Part shown: piece by piece, positions 7,372 through 15,028 of the stretch
Position numbering within the stretch: the stretch's first letter is position 1
Layout: each line of letters begins with the position of its first letter
Source: an uncultured virus (IMG/VR IMGVR_UViG_3300045953_000067)
Taxonomy: Duplodnaviria > Heunggongvirae > Uroviricota > Caudoviricetes
IMG/VR virus record: IMGVR_UViG_3300045953_000067
Strand: one strand, 5' to 3'
DNA: 20,000 nucleotides
Program-made: the position numbers and the translations under genes
The notes under the pieces: model-generated
What the model was told of the DNA's origin: nothing
Seen by the model: the letters and a program-made list of their open reading frames with translations, nothing else
Database searches by the model: none

Positions 7372-7763
7372 AAACCGACAACTTCGCGCGCTGGAAAGCC
7401 CGGTGGCAAGAGGGCGACTACGTGACGCACGTCACGCGGTCTGGTCAGGTGATCGTCGGCCGTCTGAAGTGGAGTTTCAGAAACAAGGCGGGCCAGCGGT
7501 TCCTGATGGTCAAGCGGTGCGACGGCGTGCGAGCCAATGAAGAGTCCTTCGTCTCGGCGATCTGGACATTCGGCCGCGGCGCTCACAAGTTGACGTGTCT
7601 CGACGTCGGTTGCGGCCAGGTGTTCTACACGGACGATCACACGCAGGACTTCTGTCCCTGCTGCGTGCGGACGATGCGACCAGACAACGCGGGTCAGGTC
7701 TCGCAGGCCGTCGTCAGGAACACGCTCAGAGGGCCGCTCACACGGCAAGGACAGGCGTCGTGA
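7368..7763 (+). CDS. Hypothetical protein with C-terminal Cys cluster (131 aa)
   Basis: GGAGG RBS, ATGA overlap; CLDVGC...FCPCC. Confidence 0.65.
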   Translation: MKTDNFARWKARWQEGDYVTHVTRSGQVIVGRLKWSFRNKAGQRFLMVKRCDGVRANEESFVSAIWTFGRGAHKLTCLDVGCGQVFYTDDHTQDFCPCCVRTMRPDNAGQVSQAVVRNTLRGPLTRQGQAS

Positions 7764-8218
7764 GGCGCGTCGAGCCGACGAACGAGACGGCGAAGGCGCA
7801 GGCCGGGGCGCCGCTCTGGAAGCCCTCCCGCGGCTCCTACGCGCTCGACCGAGAGGAGGCGCGCGGGATCCTCGAGGAGAAGGAACAGATCGCCAAGCAC
7901 GGCGCGAAGCTCCGCGACGGCGGCTGTCGCTGGCCGGAGCGACACCAGTGTCGGGGCGACCTCGAGGGCGCGCATATCTTCGAAGACAAGAAGATGGGCG
8001 GCGATCACGGGCGACTATCGGAGCGGCGCCACATCATGACGCTCTGCGCCTGGATGCACCGGAAGGGGCCGGAGTCGATCCATGGGAAGCAGATCAAAGT
8101 CGAGCCGATGAACGAAGCCGAAGGCGCCGACGGTCCGTGTCGGTTCCTTCGCGACGGGAAAGACGGGTGGTACGTCGTGGCCGAGGAGATCGCGATCGGT
8201 CGGATCGCGAGGGACTGA
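7760..8218 (+). CDS. HNH-like nuclease-fold protein (152 aa)
   Basis: RDGGCRW...C...LEGAHI...MGG...MTLCAWMH. Confidence 0.6.
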   Translation: MRRVEPTNETAKAQAGAPLWKPSRGSYALDREEARGILEEKEQIAKHGAKLRDGGCRWPERHQCRGDLEGAHIFEDKKMGGDHGRLSERRHIMTLCAWMHRKGPESIHGKQIKVEPMNEAEGADGPCRFLRDGKDGWYVVAEEIAIGRIARD

Positions 8219-8526
8219 TGAACCAGCAGCGGCATTTCGCCTTCGACGGGATCGACCTCGCGGCCTTTGGGGAGTATCACGCCGCGAACCCGCACGTCTA
8301 CGACGCCCTCCGACGGTTCGCGCTCGAGGCGCGTCGCTCCGGCCGTCCGCGGATGAGCATCAACATGCTGCACGAGCGGGTCCGGTGGTACACGACCGTC
8401 GAGGCGCACGAGGACGACTTCAAATTGAACAACAACTGGCGGCCCTTCTATGCCCGGCTCCTGATGGAGTCGGAGCCAGAACTGCGGGGCTTTTTCGAGA
8501 CGCGCCAGGCGCGGGCGGACAACTGA
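8218..8526 (+). CDS. Conserved-type hypothetical phage protein (102 aa)
   Basis: HAANPHVY...ERVRW...FKLNNNWRPFYARL...GFFETR; TGATG coupling at both ends. Confidence 0.75.
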   Translation: MNQQRHFAFDGIDLAAFGEYHAANPHVYDALRRFALEARRSGRPRMSINMLHERVRWYTTVEAHEDDFKLNNNWRPFYARLLMESEPELRGFFETRQARADN

Positions 8527-9338
8527 TGGCGCGCATTCGGTCAGTGAAACCCGAGTTCTTCCTGAACGAAGCGGTCGCAGCCCTCGACTTCGAGTGGCGG
8601 CTGCTGTTCATCGGACTGTGGACGCAAGCGGATCGCGCCGGGCGGCTCGAGGATCGGCCCGCGCGCTTGAAAGCGTCGATCCTCCCCTACGACCCCGTCG
8701 ACATCGAGGTCGGGCTGCGGCGGCTGACGGACGCCGGACTGATCATCCGGTACGACTCCGACGGCCGCGCCTTCATCGCGATCCCGACGTGGGAGAAACA
8801 TCAACAGCCGCACGTGCGGGAGTCCGAGAGTCAGATCCCGGCGCCTCCGGCGGCACGTGACGAGCACGGTGCGAGCACCTCTGATCAGGAAGGGAGCAGA
8901 TCCAGATCCGGATCCCGATCCGGAGATAGCCCGGAGCCGCCGGAGACGGCGGACTCCAGGCCGGCGGCGTCGCTGGTCCGAGCGGGTGTTGACCCGCGGG
9001 CCGAAGACGACGCGTCGCCGGTTGTGCTGACGTTCCCGGTCGTCGGCGACAAGGCGCGGCCCGAGTGGCGACTGCGCGGCCGACAGGTTGACGAATGGCG
9101 GCAGCTCTACCCGAACGTCGACGTCTTCGGCGAATGCCGGAAGGCGCTCGCGTGGGTACGGGCGAACCCGGGGCGGCGGAAGACGTCGCGCGGGATGCCG
9201 GCGTTCCTGGTGAACTGGCTCGGGCGGACGGTCGATCGGCAGAACGGCGGGGGCGGCGCGACGCCGGTCGGCGTGAGCCGACGGACGGCGAACCTCGCGG
9301 CGGCGACGGCCGAGTTCCTTGCGGGCGGTGACTCGTGA
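8526..9338 (+). CDS. Phage replication initiator (O-like/replisome organiser, 270 aa)
   Basis: MARIRSVKPEFF...RLLFIGLWTQADRAGR...WEKHQ N-domain, low-complexity linker, YPNVDV...RRKT..GM..FL.NWL C-domain. Confidence 0.8.
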   Translation: MARIRSVKPEFFLNEAVAALDFEWRLLFIGLWTQADRAGRLEDRPARLKASILPYDPVDIEVGLRRLTDAGLIIRYDSDGRAFIAIPTWEKHQQPHVRESESQIPAPPAARDEHGASTSDQEGSRSRSGSRSGDSPEPPETADSRPAASLVRAGVDPRAEDDASPVVLTFPVVGDKARPEWRLRGRQVDEWRQLYPNVDVFGECRKALAWVRANPGRRKTSRGMPAFLVNWLGRTVDRQNGGGGATPVGVSRRTANLAAATAEFLAGGDS

Positions 9339-9826
9339 CCGTGCAAGAGAAGCCGCGGTTCGCGCAGTGCTTCAACCGGCTCGCGGTCGCGCTGCGGCTA
9401 CCGGCGGACGACGGTGACGCGGCGATGCAGCGGATCTATTGGGACGCCCTCGCGGACTTCCCGATCGACGCGGTCGAGGACGCGGCGCACGAGTTCGCCC
9501 GGTCGGCGACGTGGTTCCCGAAGACGTCGGAGTGGCGCTCGCAGGCCGAGCTCGCGCGGAACACGCGGGCGCTCGTCGCGAGTCGACCGGACGCGGATCG
9601 GGATCCGTGGCGGTACGAATGCCAGGCGTGCGACGACAGCGGCTTCGAGTTGCTCACGTGTCAGGCGGGCGCGCGGTGTCCGAGGCCGGACTGCTCGAGG
9701 CGCGACGCGTCCTTCCGGCATGTCTACGCGGTCGTCTGCTCGTGCCGGGAGACGAATCGAACCTATCAGCGGCGACGTGAGCGGATGTATGCGCTCCGGG
9801 CGCAGGTCGGAGCAAAGGAAGGGTGA
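9335..9826 (+). CDS. Putative helicase loader/replication partner with Zn-finger tail
   Basis: Follows the initiator; YWDALADFPIDAV...WFPKTSEW and CxxC...C..C. Confidence 0.6.
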   Translation: MTVQEKPRFAQCFNRLAVALRLPADDGDAAMQRIYWDALADFPIDAVEDAAHEFARSATWFPKTSEWRSQAELARNTRALVASRPDADRDPWRYECQACDDSGFELLTCQAGARCPRPDCSRRDASFRHVYAVVCSCRETNRTYQRRRERMYALRAQVGAKEG

Positions 9827-10050
9827 TGCAGATGAAGCCGTGCGGGATCCCGTCGTGTCCGACGGTTGTGCACGGCGACGGCAACTACTGCCGCGTTCAC
9901 GCGCGCATGTCGATGGCAGAGTTGTCGGCGTGCAAGAGCGAGGCGTGGAGGAAGAGGCCGCCGACGTCGCTGGATCGTCCCTCTGGGGGGGGGCGTCCGG
10001 TGACACCACAAACCAAGTGGTTCGACGAGGACGCGGGAGCCGGTGAATGA
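9823..10050 (+). CDS. Small Cys/His protein (75 aa)
   Basis: PCGIPSCP...YCRVH; coupled at both ends. Confidence 0.6.
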   Translation: MMQMKPCGIPSCPTVVHGDGNYCRVHARMSMAELSACKSEAWRKRPPTSLDRPSGGGRPVTPQTKWFDEDAGAGE

Positions 10051-10403
10051 GCCGGTTGGGCGCGTTTCCTCGAAAGCGCAGCAAGTACGGGGCGGTCCCG
10101 ACGACGGTCGACGGGATCCGGTTCGACTCGAAAGCTGAGGCGCGTCGCTATCAGGAGCTCAAGCTGTTGGTCCTGGCTGGCGAGGTCCGTGACCTCGAAT
10201 TGCAACCGGAGTATCCGCTGCTGGTGCGGTCTCGTGATGGAGGCTTCGTGCGGATTGGAGTCTATCGGGCTGACTTCAGGTACCGATCCGGCCGGCAAGG
10301 CCTGTTGGTAGTTGAAGACGTGAAGGGTGTTCGAACGCCTCTCTATAAGTGGAAGCGGAGACATACGACTGCTCAGTATGGAATCGACATCAAAGAAGTG
10401 TAG
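10047..10403 (+). CDS. DUF1064-family putative endonuclease/resolvase
   Basis: SKYGAVPTTVDGIRFDSKAEARRY...LELQPEY...YRADFRY...VVEDVKG. Confidence 0.88.
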   Translation: MSRLGAFPRKRSKYGAVPTTVDGIRFDSKAEARRYQELKLLVLAGEVRDLELQPEYPLLVRSRDGGFVRIGVYRADFRYRSGRQGLLVVEDVKGVRTPLYKWKRRHTTAQYGIDIKEV

Positions 10404-10938
10404 TAAGTGCGGTGAAGAGAAGGCCTTAGCCGAGTATCACAAGGGTGATAGTCGCGGCGGACGGCAGTCGTGGTGCAAGGCATGTCATCGGCAACTAATG
10501 CGAGGGTGGCGATTGGAGAATCAAGAGCGGGCGAATCAATTGTCCAAGGAAGGGAAGTTGCGCTGCCGACCAAAGGTCTTGGCGTATCTGCGTGAGTACT
10601 ACCAGAAGAACAGGGATCGCGAGGTCGCGCAGGCCAAGCAAAGGCACAGGTCGCTGAAGGACGCCGCGTATCTTGCTTATGGCGGCTATCGGTGCGCCTG
10701 CTGCGGAGAGACTCACCCCGCGTTCCTGTCGCTCGATCACTTGGCCAACGACGGATGCCGTCACAGGAAAGAGATCGGGCGCGGTGCGAACATTTACGCA
10801 TGGCTGCGAGACAACAAGTATCCGGCCGGGTTCCAAGTCCTCTGCCACAACTGCAATCACGGAAAGCACCTTAACGGCGGAGTTTGTCCTCACGCCGAGG
10901 CGCAGTACGGGATAACGGTGACGCTGGTTCGATCATGA
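10378..10938 (+). CDS. HNH endonuclease, probably a mobile homing endonuclease (186 aa)
   Basis: N-terminal KKCSKCGEEK...WCKAC; C-terminal CACCGE...LSLDH...QVLCHNCNHGK; visibly lower GC than flanks; overlaps the DUF1064 end by 26 nt. Confidence 0.82.
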   Translation: MESTSKKCSKCGEEKALAEYHKGDSRGGRQSWCKACHRQLMRGWRLENQERANQLSKEGKLRCRPKVLAYLREYYQKNRDREVAQAKQRHRSLKDAAYLAYGGYRCACCGETHPAFLSLDHLANDGCRHRKEIGRGANIYAWLRDNKYPAGFQVLCHNCNHGKHLNGGVCPHAEAQYGITVTLVRS

Positions 10939-11135
10939 CAGAGACAGCAGAACGGCCGCACGTCGTCGCGAACGAAGTGATCTCCGAGGCGCCTCCGGGC
11001 GACACGTTCGTGTACTGCGAGGCGTGCGGATCGCGGCTGTCCTCGACGCCGACAGCGAGGCCGAACGGAGCTGTCATGCACCCTCCGGGCACGTTGATCG
11101 GGACCGACTGTCCTGGTGTGAAGGAGGCCGAATGA
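10935..11135 (+). CDS. Small hypothetical Zn-ribbon protein (66 aa)
   Basis: ATGA overlaps; YCEACG...H...CPG. Confidence 0.55.
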   Translation: MTETAERPHVVANEVISEAPPGDTFVYCEACGSRLSSTPTARPNGAVMHPPGTLIGTDCPGVKEAE

Positions 11136-11452
11136 CACTCATCGACGAACTCCGCGCCTACCGTGCGCGTGTCGACGCCGTGATCGTGGCGTTCGAGGCG
11201 CTCCTCGACGAGCCCGAGACGCCGGCGACGAAGACCAAACGCCCGCGCGCCAAGAAGAAGGCGACCCGCTCGGACGCCCGACGGACTCGGCTTCTCTGGA
11301 ACGTCCGGCAGCAGTTGAAAGGCGGGCCGAAGCTCCTCTCAGACGTGAAGCTGGCGACCGGGGCGTCGTACTACGTCCTGAACCGGTTCGTCGCCTCCGG
11401 CGATCTGAAGGCCTCCGGCACGACGAGGACGCGGAGGCTCTCGCTCCCATGA
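11132..11452 (+). CDS. Basic protein with N-terminal helix and possible winged-helix C-terminus (106 aa)
   Basis: AAGGAGG RBS; K/R-rich linker; GTTRTRRLSLP end. Confidence 0.65.
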   Translation: MTLIDELRAYRARVDAVIVAFEALLDEPETPATKTKRPRAKKKATRSDARRTRLLWNVRQQLKGGPKLLSDVKLATGASYYVLNRFVASGDLKASGTTRTRRLSLP

Positions 11453-11814
11453 AGCCCCGAGTCTGCGAGACGTGCGGCGGACCCGTGAAGGATAGACGCC
11501 GGAAGTACTGCCGGCAAACGTGCGTCCCGTTCACGGTGCGATCCGAAGGCGGACGGCTCGGGCGGAAGAACTTCGCGAGGAAACACCGGGCGTTGAAGTT
11601 CCGCGAGGAGATCGCGCGCCTGACCTCTGGGAAGACGAAAGTCAGCACGGACGACCTGCTCGCGGTCTTCGATGCGATCTACGACCGGGCCTACCTGTGC
11701 GGCTGGCATTGTCGAGACGGGCAGGAGCGACGTCGACGGCTGGCGCTCGAAAGGCACGCCTCCATGACGCCCGCCAGGTTCGGCGGTGACGGGCGGGATC
11801 CGGATCCGCTGTGA
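11449..11814 (+). CDS. Hypothetical protein with N-terminal Cys4 motif (121 aa)
   Basis: CETCG...RKYCRQTC; coupled at both ends. Confidence 0.65.
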   Translation: MKPRVCETCGGPVKDRRRKYCRQTCVPFTVRSEGGRLGRKNFARKHRALKFREEIARLTSGKTKVSTDDLLAVFDAIYDRAYLCGWHCRDGQERRRRLALERHASMTPARFGGDGRDPDPL

Positions 11815-12728
11815 CATGGACCGTAGGCAGTCTGTTCTCTGGTATAGGGGGCTTTGATCTTGGCTTCGAGCGAGCGGGGTTCCGGATCGCCTGGCAGTGC
11901 GAAGCCGACGAATTCTGCCGACGTGTCCTGCGAAAGCACTGGCCGGATGTTTCATGCTATCCAGACGTCAGAAGCCTTGGACTGGCCGACGCCGAGAGCG
12001 GAGGATTCGGAGTCGAGCGGGAGACGGCATTCGCGGGAGGTGTCGGATACGTTGACGGCGGCCGTGCGGGACTGGCCGACACCGTGCGAGCGGGACAAGG
12101 AAACGGCGGCGAAGTTGACGCGCGGAGCGAACGCTACAGCAGGCGGGACGCCATTGATCATCGCGATCGAGCAGAGCGTGTCGATGTCTTGTGCGGAGGA
12201 TTCCCCTGCCAAGACGTCTCAGACGCCGGCAAGCGTGTTGGTTTGGAAGGGGCACGATCCGGCCTCTGGTTCGAGTTCGATCGGATCATTGGCGAGTTTC
12301 GACCACGGATCGTGGTGGTCGAGAACGTCCGAGGACTCCTTGTTCGGGGAGTCGATACCGTTCTCGGAGGACTGGCCGACCGAGGGTATGACGCGGAATG
12401 GGCGATTGTACGCGCAGCCGATGTTGGCGCGCCGCACCGTCGGCAGCGAGTCTTCATCATCGCCTATCAGCGAGTATCAGTGGCCTACGCCGAACAGCCA
12501 AGAGCGAGACGATCCGACTGGCAAGAGTCTGGCGAAGCAGGCGCGCGGCGACTGGCCGACGCCGAATACCTGCGATGCGAACAGCGCAGGGCGGCACACC
12601 GGGTCCGATTCGAGGTGGATCGGATCCCGCCGACGCTCTACGACAAGGTGCAGGCGAAGGCCAAGCAGCAGGGGATCAGCCTGCGGGCGCTGACGCTGAC
12701 GCTCTGGAAAGAATGGCTGGAGCGGTGA
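11811..12728 (+). CDS. C5-cytosine DNA methyltransferase N-terminal half (motifs I-VIII) fused to an RHH-like tail; possibly non-functional
   Basis: SLFSGIGG (I), GGFPCQD (IV), VVVENV (VI), APHRRQRVFIIA (VIII); no motif IX/X seen; ends RIPPTLYDKVQAKAKQQGISLRALTLTLWKEWLER. Confidence 0.8.
   Translation: MTWTVGSLFSGIGGFDLGFERAGFRIAWQCEADEFCRRVLRKHWPDVSCYPDVRSLGLADAESGGFGVERETAFAGGVGYVDGGRAGLADTVRAGQGNGGEVDARSERYSRRDAIDHRDRAERVDVLCGGFPCQDVSDAGKRVGLEGARSGLWFEFDRIIGEFRPRIVVVENVRGLLVRGVDTVLGGLADRGYDAEWAIVRAADVGAPHRRQRVFIIAYQRVSVAYAEQPRARRSDWQESGEAGARRLADAEYLRCEQRRAAHRVRFEVDRIPPTLYDKVQAKAKQQGISLRALTLTLWKEWLER
11947..12693 (+). CDS. Overlapping +1-frame 'WPTP'-repeat polypeptide (alternative-frame MTase partner), apparently truncated
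   Basis: Frame open 11854-12693 inside the MTase with four WPTP copies plus WPTEGMTRNGRLY; start (ATG 11947) is inferred. Confidence 0.6.
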   Translation: MFHAIQTSEALDWPTPRAEDSESSGRRHSREVSDTLTAAVRDWPTPCERDKETAAKLTRGANATAGGTPLIIAIEQSVSMSCAEDSPAKTSQTPASVLVWKGHDPASGSSSIGSLASFDHGSWWSRTSEDSLFGESIPFSEDWPTEGMTRNGRLYAQPMLARRTVGSESSSSPISEYQWPTPNSQERDDPTGKSLAKQARGDWPTPNTCDANSAGRHTGSDSRWIGSRRRSTTRCRRRPSSRGSACGR

Positions 12729-12749
12729 GGGAAGGGAGCGCAGGCACGC

Positions 12750-13119
12750 ATGGACACGATCCTGACAGACGAGCAGATCGAGGCGCTGAGGCAGCGGCAC
12801 AACATTGGGTTGTCGCTGTTTCCGCATGAAGTGCGGGCGCTGCTGGCCGCCCTCGACGCGGCGCGGACTGAGGCCGTTGATGAGAAGTTGGCCGCAGCCG
12901 CGCTGCTTGAGCAAAACCAAGAATTGCTGCCAGCCCTTTGACGCCGCCGAGGCTAAGGTCGCGGACCTCGAAGCGCGTCAGTTCGCGGTTGCTGATTCAT
13001 TGTTGGCGGCAGTCATTGCCTGCGAGCACGGCGCGATTGACGCTGACCACGTTCGGAAAGTCGCGAAGGCGGAAGCCGAGCGGTTGCTGACCGCAAGCGA
13101 CAGGGAGGCCGAGCGATGA
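12750..13119 (+). pseudogene. Helical protein split by a +1 frameshift at CTT-TGA-C (12936-12942)
   Basis: Frame 0 ends ...ELLPAL*; the +1 frame continues DAAEAKVADLEARQ... to a TGA coupled to the next ATG. Confidence 0.55.
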
Positions 13120-13400
13120 GCGAGCGAGAGCCGCCGCGAGTTATCAAGGGGGCATCGGGCCAGCTTCGAGCGGCGACGCACCGGTATCTGGCGAAGGAAG
13201 TCCGGCGCATCGCTAATAGCCCGGTTCGGGTGCTGCTCGACCATGAACGGACCACGCTCAAGGAAGCCGCCGACGCCCTCGCGCGGCTGGGGACGGAGCC
13301 TGCCAAGCCTGCCGACTACTACACGTTCAGAGAGCTAAATTTCGGCAAGGCCACGCCGGATCCGCCCGCCGTCCCGCAGGCGCAGGAGCCAGCGCAATGA
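13116..13400 (+). CDS. Hypothetical protein (94 aa)
   Basis: GGGAGG RBS; ATGA coupling at both ends. Confidence 0.65.
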   Translation: MSEREPPRVIKGASGQLRAATHRYLAKEVRRIANSPVRVLLDHERTTLKEAADALARLGTEPAKPADYYTFRELNFGKATPDPPAVPQAQEPAQ

Positions 13401-13744
13401 AGTTGCCGGATGTCATGACCGATGCGGACGTGATCACGGCGATCCGGCACTGTCATCTGAAGGCCAACATCCGGAACCCGTATTACGTGCGACACCACTG
13501 GAAGCTCGCGTGGGTAGATCCGGGCGGCACGCTCTGGGGTGACGGGCCGTACGTGAAGCTGCCCGTCGACTGGCTGTGGAAGAAGGGATCGAAGCGCACC
13601 GATCGCGTAACGATCCGCGTCTACGCGCCAGCGCGGCTCAGGCGGCGCATTGCCAGGCGGTGGAAGCCGGCGAAACCCAAGGCTCTCCAGTACTGGCGTC
13701 GTCTACTGCGGGCCTCCCGCGGCGATCAGGCAGGGAAGGAGTAG
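13397..13744 (+). CDS. Basic Trp-rich hypothetical protein (115 aa)
   Basis: AGGAG RBS; ATGA overlap. Confidence 0.65.
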   Translation: MKLPDVMTDADVITAIRHCHLKANIRNPYYVRHHWKLAWVDPGGTLWGDGPYVKLPVDWLWKKGSKRTDRVTIRVYAPARLRRRIARRWKPAKPKALQYWRRLLRASRGDQAGKE

Positions 13745-13750
13745 ACGCGC

Positions 13751-13912
13751 ATGGCGCATTTCGGACACACGCTGTATCTGGAGTTTCATCCGTGGCGCTG
13801 GCGTCTGGCCTTTCGGCGCCATGAGCGGCCAACTGACTGGACGTGTCTAGTGGGGCCGCTGCATCTGATGTTTATCAAGACGCACCGCTATCCGGGCCAG
13901 TGGTGGTGGTGA
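13751..13912 (+). CDS. Hypothetical 53-aa protein
   Basis: Manual ORF MAHFGHTLYLEFHPWRW...PGQWWW; AAGGAG RBS; GTGA overlap with the next gene. Confidence 0.55.
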   Translation: MAHFGHTLYLEFHPWRWRLAFRRHERPTDWTCLVGPLHLMFIKTHRYPGQWWW

Positions 13913-14112
13913 AGCTCCGGAACCCTGACGCCTGTCCGCATGGTTTGTGCGTCGGGAAGTCTCGCGTCGTAAACGTCCGGCATCGTCCCGGCTATATCTG
14001 GCGGCGGCACGAATGCCGCGTGTGTCAGCGCCGCTGGAGCTCGTGGCAGTATCTCGTCCACCCCAAGAACGTCGATCCCTTTGATGTCGATCCGGCTGCT
14101 CGTATCGCCTGA
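13909..14112 (+). CDS. NrdR-N/Ogr-type zinc-ribbon regulator (67 aa), candidate late activator
   Basis: CPHGLC..KSRVVNVR....IWRRHECRVCQRRWSSWQ; last gene before an AT-rich intergenic region. Confidence 0.7.
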   Translation: MKLRNPDACPHGLCVGKSRVVNVRHRPGYIWRRHECRVCQRRWSSWQYLVHPKNVDPFDVDPAARIA

Positions 14113-14128
14113 AATGACAACCGGTACG

Positions 14129-14146
14129 CACAAACAAAAGTTTGTG
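14129..14146. promoter_or_regulatory. Inverted repeat CACAAAC-AAAA-GTTTGTG in the putative late promoter region
   Basis: Read directly; in the AT-rich gap 14113-14204. Confidence 0.5.
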
Positions 14147-14204
14147 TAAGTCCTGTCCTACTCTACATACAGCGTAAACCGCGCGTCCTGCGCGGCCTGA
14201 TCTT

Positions 14205-14540
14205 GTGACGAAAGCCGCTCAGGCTCGAGAACTGGAACAGCAAGTAGCGATCTATCTGGCCTTGCCGTTGGATCGGCGGGATCGGTGGATCGGCACTCTG
14301 CCCGAGGGGTTGCACGCGGCGATCCTGCGACGGGCGCGCGGCCACATCGCCTATCCGGGCGACGAGTTGGATCGGATCGCGTTCACGCGGGAGAAGTGGG
14401 CCGCGCATCGGCGGTAGTTGCTGGAGGATCTGGCGCGGCGATCGGTGCGGCCGCGGTCCCACGCCGGCCATTTCACGGCGGCCCGTGCCGCAGACATGCG
14501 GGCGCGCAAGGCCGCCCGGTTGGAGATGAAAGCCTCATGA
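14205..14540 (+). CDS. Hypothetical protein with an internal in-frame TAG (70 aa, or 111 aa if read through)
   Basis: TAG at 14415-14417; the frame stays open for 40 more codons to a TGA overlapping ATG 14537. Confidence 0.55.
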
Positions 14541-15028
14541 AGATCCATGTTCGACTGATCCTGTTGCTGTCGCTGCTTGGCTTGCCGGTAGCGGCGCAGG
14601 CGCAAACCTCCGTGGACGCGGGCAAGGCGTTCAAGGTCATTCTGACGCACGACGGCGTGAACGCCTCCGAGTATCAGATCACCCTGGATCCTCCCGGCAC
14701 CACGGCCCCCAACATCGTGCAGACGCTGGCGGCCTCGGTTCGGGACACGGCCACGGGCGAGGTGACCTTCGACGTGCCGGCGCAGACGTCGGCGGGGTCG
14801 TGGACGGTGGCGGCCTGTGCGCGCAACGTGGATCCGCTGAAGGTGGCCCAGACGGCGACGGCCTGCGCGCCCACACTGGCGTTCGCGGTCGTCATCCCGA
14901 AGATGCCGAGTCCTGCGGTGCCGACGATCCGGATCTCTGGCACCTTGACGCTGGCGAACGGCACGGTCCAGCCGTTCACGGCGACGGTGGACACGATCTC
15001 GCTGGCGCTGCCCACGGTGGTCAAGTAG
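14537..15028 (+). CDS. Secreted Ig/FN3-like beta protein (163 aa)
   Basis: Signal peptide MKIHVRLILLLSLLGLPVAAQA; Thr/Val/Ala-rich strands; GSWTVAACARN. Confidence 0.7.
   Translation: MKIHVRLILLLSLLGLPVAAQAQTSVDAGKAFKVILTHDGVNASEYQITLDPPGTTAPNIVQTLAASVRDTATGEVTFDVPAQTSAGSWTVAACARNVDPLKVAQTATACAPTLAFAVVIPKMPSPAVPTIRISGTLTLANGTVQPFTATVDTISLALPTVVK

Noticed and set aside
11811..12728. Complete restriction-modification system
   Set aside because: No cognate restriction endonuclease nearby, and the MTase lacks motifs IX/X.
13742..13753. Additional in-frame TAG junction (TAG ACG CGC ATG)
   Set aside because: In frame with one-in-three chance, and the downstream gene has its own AAGGAG RBS; not counted as readthrough evidence.
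13751..13912. Trp attenuator leader peptide (ends in WWW)
   Set aside because: Too long, no terminator or trp genes follow, and the TGG run doubles as GTG start codons and SD-like sequence for the next gene.
14418..14536. Structured ncRNA/riboswitch in the apparent gap
   Set aside because: Stems are explained by high GC content; the region is better explained as the in-frame continuation of the 14205 ORF.
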